64,000 nt of DNA from a virus. The DNA is taken from the IMG/VR virus record IMGVR_UViG_3300030085_001980. One strand, written 5' to 3'. Numbering within the stretch: position 1 is the first letter of the stretch; the number at the start of each line of letters is the position of its first letter. The position numbers and the translations under genes were made by a program. The notes beneath the pieces are model-generated. The model was not told where the DNA came from. It searched no databases and saw nothing but the letters and a program-made list of their open reading frames with translations. Below, piece by piece: positions 47,201 to 54,453 of this stretch.

Positions 47201-47816
47201 TCTTGTGGTGTGAGAAGTTCGGTGCAATCGTGTCCGAAAGTTCGGGACGATAATAAACTCCGTTGTTATCACCATCAAAGAATGAGAACTGCCAGAAATA
47301 CGTACCACCAGTTACACGGAAGATGGCAGTAGTACCAGGTTCGTTGGCAGCACTAATACCAAGAGATGCCTGAGTCGTAGGATAAGGGACGTACTTAGGA
47401 ATAATTTTAGTACGACGAAGGTCAGAACCAACAACAGAAACACCTCTAGGACAGATAACACCACCGTTTACAGAGTTAAACTTGTAAAGGATGTTATTGC
47501 TAGAGGTGAGATCGAAGTTAGTATTTTCGTCGAAGGGAGTGATGTCACCGAAGTCAGATACACCTGGTCTGTTATCAATAACGTACTCAGATGGATACAG
47601 ATAGATCGAGAATGCGTCAAATTCGTCGTTTGACAGACCAACTCGATAGGAGAATCGTGCCACTTCAAGGAAGGCACGTTGCAACGTCTTAAATGGGCGC
47701 AATGCCGAGTTACCTCGGTTGTCGTATGCATCCGAGGCGTCGAAGTCGTCGGGGTTCACATATATAATGCGACCCGTTCTCGACGTGATGATATTCTTAA
47801 GACGAGTTAGTGCCAT
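44241..47816 (-). CDS. Large virion protein with probable beta-helix (pectin-lyase-like) region
   Basis: IYVNPDD...RGNSALRPFKTLQRAF, PRGVSVVGSDLRRT; C-terminal NGSTTSF...VLVFLNGVAQIPGVDY domain. Confidence 0.78.
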   Translation of the reverse strand: MALTRLKNIITSRTGRIIYVNPDDFDASDAYDNRGNSALRPFKTLQRAFLEVARFSYRVGLSNDEFDAFSIYLYPSEYVIDNRPGVSDFGDITPFDENTNFDLTSSNNILYKFNSVNGGVICPRGVSVVGSDLRRTKIIPKYVPYPTTQASLGISAANEPGTTAIFRVTGGTYFWQFSFFDGDNNGVYYRPELSDTIAPNFSHHKITCFEYATTTDLDLYYQKISKAYATIPDTSGNIAQDQIQARVEENRIVGPISDEFRVSQIIRNGQTATAFTVDIQDNPVNHGFSVGVAVNISGVTGPTEADSNLYNGSFLVTSAQGNQFTYQMSSEPTGNAIGSNVLVKVEIDTVDSASPYAFNLSLRSVWGIQGMHADGSKATGFKSMVVAQFTGISLQKDDRAFVKYNPSTGNYEAQAAGSGAHIDGLAKYRKGWRHCHIKASNDSFIQVVSVFAVGFGDHFFSDSGGDLSITNSNSNFGNTSLRSKGFKRAAFTKDKAGQITHVIPPKALDDVAEVSINWVTLDIQKIKAAADPTKLFLYGYTNQNAKPPSKIQGYTIGARRDSPTLPDKVNVLLIAAGANNPTTHTAKIDPSGPEVTGTSPGDDASPIKYDTAQSNWYIQVDSANNDIYTTLIANSQYNNLGFTPTTFIRRVPDARDLKDRIYRFRYVLNKDAFPIPRPPITGFVIQPRSSETNSPAYDKTYYIFEVETYQEFERGVSDGIYYLSVLNASVAPATSNFDDFSFSQQTVDVYPTFDRDNPVADPAPAVSVASNEIIGAVTTTDGAQPNPAEDKKLSITKETTQFFLLEQENNLGYNTTANTLNSIVVTARLGDEEERKIALKLNADNSVAPILCELRRYSILRASGHTFEYLGFGPGNYSTAFPSTQVEVLTPQQVRLSQSLKEAAGVAYYSGVNSDGELFVGNQVINPVTGQITNEDIAQLNVVGEENTTIQTFSEVVLTDKLTVIGGASNQLESVFSGPVTFQKRITNTENVQVAKLTYANDDGTVLRQTFLAEDDGSGQPDIDNTQAFNDGDLIYNIDWVAGDSLGWIYEAGTWYKFGMTDTGPITARRFSGVTNYGIGMAPDVNNRLKVSGNTFFDGNIDVTGSYGAADKYRLATGLANGNNGVTYNGNGSTTSFAISAGHTSYSVLVFLNGVAQIPGVDYNVNGNAVDFSISTAPATGDVIQIRELVI

Positions 47817-47859
47817 CTCTTAATAGGTTCCCTTATATGTCTATTTAGTTGTCGTCAGA

Positions 47860-49782
47860 TCAGGGTCCTGCTGGAGGTGCAGCACCGCCACCGCCACCAC
47901 CACCAGCAACACCAGCAGTGGGAGGTACGTAATCGATAATTTCAAAGTCAGATACAGTATTCACAAATCCATTGACTTGGAAAGACATATCCGCAGAAGA
48001 TGCGTACACGATCAGGTGTGATCCAGGACCAACAACGAGTCCTTTGTGCTCTTGTGTTGCGTTTGCACCAATAGCAGCGTCATACCACACATAATCTTCA
48101 TTAGAAAGATCAGTTGCGGCAGTTACACTACTTACAGTTGCAATAGTACGTGTTGCACCTTGGGTCGGAGGAGTGTCGGGGAAAGTGTCACTACCCGCAA
48201 AGAATGCAGGAGAGTCATTATCCACGAACACACTCAGAACACCACCAGTGCCATCCCAAGCAGTAACATATCCGAAAGCACCAGGTGTAGGAGTGCCGAT
48301 AGTTTGTGCGGCAGTACCAACCAAGAATGTGTTACCAGTTGTGGGAGTACCAACTACATCATAGATGTAAATCTGTGTGAATGTAGGGTCGGGGTTAATA
48401 TCGATAGAAGCACTATAACCTGCTGTACCATCAGCATAGTAGAAGATGGGGTCGGGTGTAGTTGAACTAACCTCGATTGTAATATGACAACCAGCAGAAC
48501 CAGGAGTACCAACTTTCGTAACACCAGTTGTATATTCAACACCAGGTGTAGGTGTTGCGTTGACACCCTCAGTAACGTCTGAGAATCTCAGCGGAAGACC
48601 AGTGTTACTAGAATCAGAGAGATCAAACTTGTAAGACTGATCAACATTCAGACTGAAAGTTGTAGAAGGAACGACCTCTTGACCAGATGTAACAGACCAG
48701 ATGTACTTAGGAGTAAAGGCAACATCAACGGTAGGTGCACCTTGATTGTTCACCGTTGCGTTAGACGTACCACCAGTCAGTGTCTCACCTGCACTGTTAA
48801 ACCAGTTAGCAGCAGAACTACCAGCAACAGTCAAAGGAGTGACAGTAACACCATCAGCGTGCTGTGCCATTGCCGTTCCCCACTGTGCACGAGTAACAGT
48901 AACATCGTTACCGTTGACAGCAGTTGCGAGCATAACCTCGTTACCAATGACGATGTAAGAACCCGAAAGGATTGCAGCACCACTTGTAACTGTCAGAGTT
49001 GTGTCACCTGTAGCAAAAGGTGCACCCTCGTTAATAGTTGTAGTAGTTCCCGAAGGAGTGTGTGCAGTGATGTACTGACCAGCAGTGTGAGCAACATCAC
49101 TTGTGCCAAGACTACCACGAGTAACAACCAACGTACCACCACCAGAGTCGCCAGTGTAGAACGTGGCGCTGCTAACCGTCATAATTTCAGCATTGGCATT
49201 ACCCGCATCCATAACGATGTAATCGCCAGCGTTGAAATTAACAGCAGAAGAAACTTTCAGTTGAGTTGCTGCCTGAGCAAAGTCTGGAATTTCAATCTGG
49301 AAACCAGTAGAACCTGCACCACGATAAGTTGCGGTAAGACCTGATGTTGCAGCAGTCAGTGTTTCTCCACCTTGGAATGTACCAGCAATCGTTGCAGAGT
49401 CAATACCAACTTCACCTGTGGTTGCAATCTTAGTGTAATACGTGGTAGTTGTAGTTGTACGTACAACGTCAGCAATCTTCGCAGTAAAGTTACTTTCCTC
49501 ACCGACGATGGCAAGACCAGGAGTTGCGTCATCAACGGTCAGACCAGGATTGATCTCAATCTGATACTTACTCACCACGTTCCCTGGTTGGAACTTGTAG
49601 GTGTTAGCATCCAGAGTCAACTTCTGACTATAATTTTTATGACCGATCCTATACGTACCAGCACTACCTCCTCGCTCACATACGTGAACGACTGCCGAAG
49701 TAGTGTCAGCAATATCGGAACTGTATAGAACCGTATTTGTTGTTGCTGCGGGTGCTACCGCAGCGAGTCTTCCTGCTGTCAT
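47860..49782 (-). CDS. Virion structural protein, 640 aa
   Basis: Thr/Ala/Gly-rich; repeated I....E.M.V..V.GN.VTVTR...GT...H modules; CTAAATA late motif nearby. Confidence 0.75.
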   Translation of the reverse strand: MTAGRLAAVAPAATTNTVLYSSDIADTTSAVVHVCERGGSAGTYRIGHKNYSQKLTLDANTYKFQPGNVVSKYQIEINPGLTVDDATPGLAIVGEESNFTAKIADVVRTTTTTTYYTKIATTGEVGIDSATIAGTFQGGETLTAATSGLTATYRGAGSTGFQIEIPDFAQAATQLKVSSAVNFNAGDYIVMDAGNANAEIMTVSSATFYTGDSGGGTLVVTRGSLGTSDVAHTAGQYITAHTPSGTTTTINEGAPFATGDTTLTVTSGAAILSGSYIVIGNEVMLATAVNGNDVTVTRAQWGTAMAQHADGVTVTPLTVAGSSAANWFNSAGETLTGGTSNATVNNQGAPTVDVAFTPKYIWSVTSGQEVVPSTTFSLNVDQSYKFDLSDSSNTGLPLRFSDVTEGVNATPTPGVEYTTGVTKVGTPGSAGCHITIEVSSTTPDPIFYYADGTAGYSASIDINPDPTFTQIYIYDVVGTPTTGNTFLVGTAAQTIGTPTPGAFGYVTAWDGTGGVLSVFVDNDSPAFFAGSDTFPDTPPTQGATRTIATVSSVTAATDLSNEDYVWYDAAIGANATQEHKGLVVGPGSHLIVYASSADMSFQVNGFVNTVSDFEIIDYVPPTAGVAGGGGGGGAAPPAGP

Positions 49783-49789
49783 TGTTTAG

Positions 49790-51115
49790 TTACCATCCTG
49801 CTGCGAAGTGTTGTTGGAGTCTGAGTCTACCACCCAGATCAGGTGCCGAGATCGGACCACCGAACGACACACCCAGTGTGCCTACGTTTGCTGTTGAAAG
49901 CAGAGTTGCGTCTGCGTTCGGAAATTGAATAGATCGTGTACCTTCGATGTTACTCAGATCAAGATTGACCTGTCGAGTATCATCAGTTTCGTCAATCAGT
50001 CTCAGAGAAACAATAGATTTGTTAGTCAGAACCTGAGTTGCATCCTCAGCAACCAGTGTGTTGTTAGCGAGGATATTTGTATTTAGCCCAGTTGCTGGGA
50101 ACTCATATCGGAGTGTTGTTGCTCCAGTGACATTCGTAGCATCAATAAAGATACGAGCAGTAGTGTCAGCACCGTTTACAAAATACGGGTCTGCATAGTT
50201 CTTGTTCGTGAATGTCTGAGTTGCGTCAGCACCAGCAATTACAAATGATTGGTCAGGGAAGGTAACTGATCGATCAGTTGTCAAAGGAGACGCATCAAGC
50301 GTCATCTTTGGCGTTGGGTTGTTCGGATCACCAGAGGCAATATCCGAAACGGTGGGGTTGATCAGGTTCTTGTTACTTACGTCCTGCTCAGTGATCGTAT
50401 CGATCAGAGTGGACTGAGAAGCAGTGGTACCATAATCAGGGAGACGATAAATGTGAGTGACAGGTGACTCCCAAGCATCAGTCTCAAATCTAGCGATCTT
50501 ACCACCATCAGAGGAACCTATAATCTGTAGGTTGTTATCCTCAATAATGATAGTCTTATTGGTGATGGTTTGTGCAGTGTCATTACCAATCAGTGTGGTA
50601 GACGTGAACGAACCAGTATTAGGTAGTGAGAACGTACGGATACCAGCGCCAGTGGTAACATTCGAGATCTCAAACTTTGCTCGCTTATCAGGGTTCTGAT
50701 CATCCGCGAGGAAGAAATTAACGTCGGTTAGTTCAGTCGGACCATTAACAAGAAACTTACCAGAACCCTGGGGTCTCAAGTCGATGTTGACGTTTGCAGA
50801 GGTCGTATCACCAGCAATCAAACGAATCGTCGCAGATCCATCCGCGTTATCTTGCTTTCTATAGTACATCGAAGACGTACCGAATGCAAGACCGATTTCA
50901 TTATACTGATTTTGGTATAGTCCAGTGTCTCTGTCCAGGTCAAAAGCTAGACCAGGTGCGGATTGACTACCTGCTGAGACTCCTTTGAAAAGTTGGTTAA
51001 TCCTTGCTTTTCTGTTAGGAATCAGAGGGTCAGAGATAACAACTGGCAGAATCGCTTCACCTGTCAGTACCTCATCCGCCAGAGTATCTAATTGTGAAAT
51101 TCTTTTTGTTCCCAC
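49790..51115 (-). CDS. Virion/fibre-like structural protein, 441 aa
   Basis: MGTKRISQL, SAPGLAFDLDRDTGLY, repeated (R)T.TLP...TL....T.Q.LTNKT units; late promoter upstream. Confidence 0.75.
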   Translation of the reverse strand: MGTKRISQLDTLADEVLTGEAILPVVISDPLIPNRKARINQLFKGVSAGSQSAPGLAFDLDRDTGLYQNQYNEIGLAFGTSSMYYRKQDNADGSATIRLIAGDTTSANVNIDLRPQGSGKFLVNGPTELTDVNFFLADDQNPDKRAKFEISNVTTGAGIRTFSLPNTGSFTSTTLIGNDTAQTITNKTIIIEDNNLQIIGSSDGGKIARFETDAWESPVTHIYRLPDYGTTASQSTLIDTITEQDVSNKNLINPTVSDIASGDPNNPTPKMTLDASPLTTDRSVTFPDQSFVIAGADATQTFTNKNYADPYFVNGADTTARIFIDATNVTGATTLRYEFPATGLNTNILANNTLVAEDATQVLTNKSIVSLRLIDETDDTRQVNLDLSNIEGTRSIQFPNADATLLSTANVGTLGVSFGGPISAPDLGGRLRLQQHFAAGW

Positions 51116-51143
51116 GTAACTCAGGCGCTATTTCGTACAGTTT

Positions 51144-51151
51144 TATTTATA
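51144..51151 (-). promoter_or_regulatory. T4-type late promoter TATAAATA
   Basis: Exact consensus upstream of 51115. Confidence 0.8.
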
Positions 51152-51154
51152 ACC

Positions 51155-51427
51155 CTAATCAAGTAGGGTACGGTTGTGCCAATCCTTTTCTAGAGGATAC
51201 AATTCATTATATCGAATGAACCGCTTGAGGTTAGGTTTGACATCCAAAGAGTAGCAGCAATCACAATACGATTGCCATTCATCTTCCAATTTTAGATCTT
51301 CTAATTTGATGAGATCTTCGTTACGTACGCCTCGAACTGGTCCGCCATTGAACGATACCCAGAACCTACGTAGATTTGACCAGAGACTACTGCCACGGTC
51401 GCGATTGCCCAAAAAACGTAATACCAT
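51155..51427 (-). CDS. Hypothetical protein, 90 aa
   Basis: Track ORF with CDCC motif. Confidence 0.6.
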   Translation of the reverse strand: MVLRFLGNRDRGSSLWSNLRRFWVSFNGGPVRGVRNEDLIKLEDLKLEDEWQSYCDCCYSLDVKPNLKRFIRYNELYPLEKDWHNRTLLD

Positions 51428-51602
51428 TGAGTTTTCACCTGATGAAGTTGTTTTCGTTTCATAAGTTATGGAAGTATTGTTGCGTGTGATACCGTTTTCA
51501 GCACTTTTATGCTATATATTAGGAGTCAAACACATTTGCGCGGAGGGCGTATGAATTGATCTTTTTTAATTCGTTATGTTTTGAATCAGAATAGGAGATG
51601 CT

Positions 51603-51776
51603 ATGCACAATTTAATTTCTTTCAACCAACTGGCAGGTTGGTTAAGGTTTGAGAAAACCTTAAACGAATCTGAACAGCAGAACACCGTGATCAACGAATA
51701 TTTCGACTGTTTGATTGAGTGCGATGAGTCTCAAAACTTATGTAAGAAATATTGTAGAGGCATCTTAGAAAGATAG
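51603..51776 (+). CDS. Small Cys-rich protein, 57 aa (not in ORF track)
   Basis: MHNLISFNQLAGWLRFEKTLNESEQQNTVINEYFDCLIECDESQNLCKKYCRGILER; GGAG RBS, upstream -10 box, downstream terminator. Confidence 0.8.
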   Translation: MHNLISFNQLAGWLRFEKTLNESEQQNTVINEYFDCLIECDESQNLCKKYCRGILER

Positions 51777-51780
51777 AAAC

Positions 51781-51806
51781 GGGGGGTCAGAGACCCCCCT
51801 TTTTTT
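51781..51806 (+). terminator. Intrinsic terminator (possibly bidirectional)
   Basis: GGGGGGTC-aga-GACCCCCC followed by T7, between converging transcription units. Confidence 0.85.
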
Positions 51807-51826
51807 CGCAGTTCCTTCACACGGAG

Positions 51827-51899
51827 TGGAGAATAACGGACTCGAACCGATGACATCCTGCTTGCAAAGCAGGCGCTCTACCAACTGAGCTAATTCCCC
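51827..51899 (-). tRNA. tRNA-Ala(TGC)
   Basis: GGGGAATTAGCTCAGTTGGTAGAGCGCCTGCTTTGCAAGCAGGATGTCATCGGTTCGAGTCCGTTATTCTCCA; full cloverleaf. Confidence 0.95.
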
Positions 51900-52096
51900 T
51901 TATTTTTCTCCTCTTTTGAAAGTTTGAAGTACAACTTATAGTACCTCTTTTTGATCTCTTCTAGAGTGTCCATATCTTCTTTGAAACCCATATACTTGGT
52001 AAGTTGATATGAACCCTCTAGTTCACTAATAAGACGTAGTATGTTGACAGATGTCACTGGGAATCCACCAAACACGTACTGAGCGCAATCATTCAA
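51890..52096 (-). CDS. Conserved hypothetical protein, 68 aa
   Basis: RLISELEGSYQLTKYMGF..DM..L.E.K.RYYKLYF pattern; stop codon lies inside the tRNA 5' end. Confidence 0.75.
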   Translation of the reverse strand: MNDCAQYVFGGFPVTSVNILRLISELEGSYQLTKYMGFKEDMDTLEEIKKRYYKLYFKLSKEEKNKGN

Positions 52097-52332
52097 TGGA
52101 ATAATCCTTTATCTGACATATAGTGAAGAGCATCCTTAAGACCTCCTACGTGCTTAATTCCTACTGAAATTTGTGGGAACTCTGCAGTTCTACCAAACTC
52201 ATCATAGAATTGTTTGGCAGTAAAGTCTTTATTTAGATAGTACGTAATTAACTCATCGAAAGCGCAAGCCTTAAGGAGAGACTCGGCACGTTCACATTCC
52301 TGATTCTTGTTGCTATAGATGATCGCTTTCAT
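52093..52332 (-). CDS. Glutaredoxin-like protein (single Cys)
   Basis: IIYS...C..A..LL...FPQI...HVGGL. Confidence 0.78.
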   Translation of the reverse strand: MKAIIYSNKNQECERAESLLKACAFDELITYYLNKDFTAKQFYDEFGRTAEFPQISVGIKHVGGLKDALHYMSDKGLFH

Positions 52333-52538
52333 TTTTTAGTGTGGTTGAATTCAATAACAAACTTTTCGTGTTCTGTTGTTCTATCACAGCAAGTGTAGTG
52401 TTTTGCTGTGCCACCTAGGAGTTCTGCAACTTGTTCAATAAGATTCTCTGCGATCACCCTATTGGTTGCAATACGCCATTTCTCCTCATTTTCCTCTCGT
52501 ACGTCAGTCACGTTGCCTCCAGTCATCAGGTTTGTCAC
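52329..52538 (-). CDS. Hypothetical protein
   Basis: Track ORF; start uncertain. Confidence 0.55.
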   Translation of the reverse strand: MTNLMTGGNVTDVREENEEKWRIATNRVIAENLIEQVAELLGGTAKHYTCCDRTTEHEKFVIEFNHTKK

Positions 52539-52821
52539 GTTGGAACCAATCTACAATTTCATCAGCACCGCTGAACCCCGTTCTATGATTGGATGGGTCG
52601 GGGTCACCTAGTCCCATCCTATTCATAAAATCATCCATACTTCCTTCCTGCATATCAGGATTTGATGCCTGACGGCGTGCTTTGTTCATCCAGTCTCTAG
52701 CAAGAGTATGTGCTTTGGCAAGTTTCTCTGCCCAGATCATATCTTCCAATGGAACTGGTTCGTTGTTTGCGATACAACGACAGATGGACTCCAATCTGAG
52801 ACGATACGCAGTTGAGAGCAT
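52504..52821 (-). CDS. Conserved cyanophage hypothetical protein, 105 aa
   Basis: MLSTAYRLRLESIC...DMIWAEKLAK...LGDPDPSNH...DWRQRD. Confidence 0.78.
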   Translation of the reverse strand: MLSTAYRLRLESICRCIANNEPVPLEDMIWAEKLAKAHTLARDWMNKARRQASNPDMQEGSMDDFMNRMGLGDPDPSNHRTGFSGADEIVDWFQRDKPDDWRQRD

Positions 52822-52842
52822 TATGGTTTCTTGAGTGTCGGA

Positions 52843-53040
52843 CTATTTAGAAATCATTTCTGATAACTCTTCAGTTTTGTTCCAGTCTGCATACGCAGTA
52901 TCAGAACGTTCCTGAAGTACGTCAAGAATGTCCTCGTAGATAGTTTCGTTGGGAATACCATCATCGAGATATGTAAGTAACGCTTCTTTTAGATAGCGTT
53001 TCCTATGCCATTCTGGACTATAGGGTTTGTAGTGTGTCAT
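52843..53040 (-). CDS. Hypothetical protein, 65 aa
   Basis: YKPYSPEWHRKRYLKEAL; follows tRNA-Thr. Confidence 0.7.
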   Translation of the reverse strand: MTHYKPYSPEWHRKRYLKEALLTYLDDGIPNETIYEDILDVLQERSDTAYADWNKTEELSEMISK

Positions 53041-53056
53041 AATAAAGGTTGATGAG

Positions 53057-53128
53057 AGCCAAATACCCGATTTGAACGGGTGACCTACTGTTTACAAGAC
53101 AGTTGCTCTACCGCTGAGCTAATCTGGC
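53057..53128 (-). tRNA. tRNA-Thr(TGT)
   Basis: GCCAGATTAGCTCAGCGGTAGAGCAACTGTCTTGTAAACAGTAGGTCACCCGTTCAAATCGGGTATTTGGCT; anticodon stem ACTGT/ACAGT. Confidence 0.92.
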
Positions 53129-53245
53129 GGTGAGGTTTCTCTTTTCCTGTTCCGCGATAAACGTACGCAGTTCAGGAGTTTCTACCCACTCCCAAATTGT
53201 ACCATCTTTTTGGATAAATTGCTTGGTCGGTGTGTGCAGTTTCAT
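53108..53245 (-). CDS. Hypothetical protein, 45 aa (not in ORF track)
   Basis: MKLHTPTKQFIQKDGTIWEWVETPELRTFIAEQEKRNLTARLAQR; last 21 nt overlap tRNA-Thr. Confidence 0.5.
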   Translation of the reverse strand: MKLHTPTKQFIQKDGTIWEWVETPELRTFIAEQEKRNLTARLAQR

Positions 53246-53251
53246 AGAAGT

Positions 53252-53506
53252 TCAAAATGGGAGTTCTTCTTCACAGACTACAGACTCAAGTTCAAATATG
53301 ATTGGGTGGCATTGCTCAATAACGAGATACTCACTTGCTTTCATAATTTCTTCGAGACTAATATAAGTCTGCTTGTGCGCTAATTCTATCACGTCATCTG
53401 TGGGATCGTCAACCTCGTCAAAGGTGAACGGTAACCCATTTAGATACCAGATACGTGCTAATCCTACCTGGGTGAGGAAACGGTAGTCGGAATAGATTTT
53501 GAACAT
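53252..53506 (-). CDS. Conserved hypothetical protein
   Basis: RIWYLNGLPFTFDE...SEYLVIEQCHPIIFE. Confidence 0.7.
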   Translation of the reverse strand: MFKIYSDYRFLTQVGLARIWYLNGLPFTFDEVDDPTDDVIELAHKQTYISLEEIMKASEYLVIEQCHPIIFELESVVCEEELPF

Positions 53507-53940
53507 CGGATGAACTGAAACGGACCTCTATTTGTACCCCAGATCATTTTACCTTGATCGTTCCATCCCTTGTCATCCGTATCAAATGTCTCCTTAGTTA
53601 GGAGAATCTTTGATTCCACCTTGTTTCCTTTACCGTTGACAGCACCAGGTAAGGTGCTTCCTTGGTACCCGTGCTCAGACTCTGTGAACACTAGATCAGG
53701 CATCTCCTCATCATCAATCCAGGTTTTCAACGTGATGTTGTTTGGATTACTGATCAGAGAGTGACGACGTTGACGATAGATTTCACCGTTCCAGTCGTAC
53801 CATTGCTTTGATCTTAATGTATCGTCTTCATCTACGTACCACCAGTAGTGGATATACGCAAATGACGATGGATACATTTGGGCTTGTTTTAGGTTGTGCC
53901 AGTGTCCTAGCAAGAGATCGAGAAAAGCATCCTGATCCAT
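53464..53940 (-). CDS. cpeT: T-type phycobiliprotein lyase, phage CpeT
   Basis: LLGHWHNLKQAQMYPSSFAYIH, IYRQR, DKGWNDQGKMIWG...GPFQF are CpeT/CpcT motifs. Confidence 0.88.
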   Translation of the reverse strand: MDQDAFLDLLLGHWHNLKQAQMYPSSFAYIHYWWYVDEDDTLRSKQWYDWNGEIYRQRRHSLISNPNNITLKTWIDDEEMPDLVFTESEHGYQGSTLPGAVNGKGNKVESKILLTKETFDTDDKGWNDQGKMIWGTNRGPFQFIRCSKSIPTTVSSPR

Positions 53941-53950
53941 AGTTTATATA

Positions 53951-54232
53951 TCAAAGATCTCCGTTCAACTCGTTAAGTGTTTCATCCACGTAACTTCTAA
54001 CATCAGCGTCAGAAGGTAGGGTGACACCTGGGATTGGTGCCATAGGTCCCATAGGCATATACTCTGCTGCCTTCTCTTCTTCCAATCGTGAATAGGCAGA
54101 ATTGACAGGCACCATCATTACATTACCTTTAGGTGCTTCGATGAGGATAGTTTCTCCTCGTTCTACGAGTGAAAAGATGAAGTCGAAGTTCTTTTCTACT
54201 TCTTCGACAGTTACTCTCAGTGGTGTTTTCAT
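53951..54232 (-). CDS. Phd/YefM antitoxin-like protein
   Basis: VTVEEVEKNFDFIFSLVERGETILI...VMMVP fits the Phd N-terminal pattern. Confidence 0.6.
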   Translation of the reverse strand: MKTPLRVTVEEVEKNFDFIFSLVERGETILIEAPKGNVMMVPVNSAYSRLEEEKAAEYMPMGPMAPIPGVTLPSDADVRSYVDETLNELNGDL

Positions 54233-54438
54233 AGAAGATAATGACGACGTTCAGGTTCGATAGTTTCTTGAATCATAGCGACGGTGTGGGCAAACCCTTC
54301 GGCACCCTCCTCGTCCCATTTCCAGTTAATAGTTTCCTCGTGACCATCATCACTGAGGAGTTTGATTGAGCGATGGGTAAAGTCAACCCACACGTACTCA
54401 AGATAGGTTTCCATTAGGTCCCAGAGTTCTTCACTCAA
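54229..54438 (-). CDS. Hypothetical acidic protein, 69 aa
   Basis: Track ORF with 4-nt overlap. Confidence 0.7.
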   Translation of the reverse strand: MSEELWDLMETYLEYVWVDFTHRSIKLLSDDGHEETINWKWDEEGAEGFAHTVAMIQETIEPERRHYLL

Positions 54439-54453
54439 TAGAGTAGCACAGAA

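Noticed and set aside
41985-51115. Diversity-generating retroelement or invertible cassette acting on fibre genes
   Set aside because: No reverse transcriptase, recombinase or template/variable repeat pair was seen in the window.
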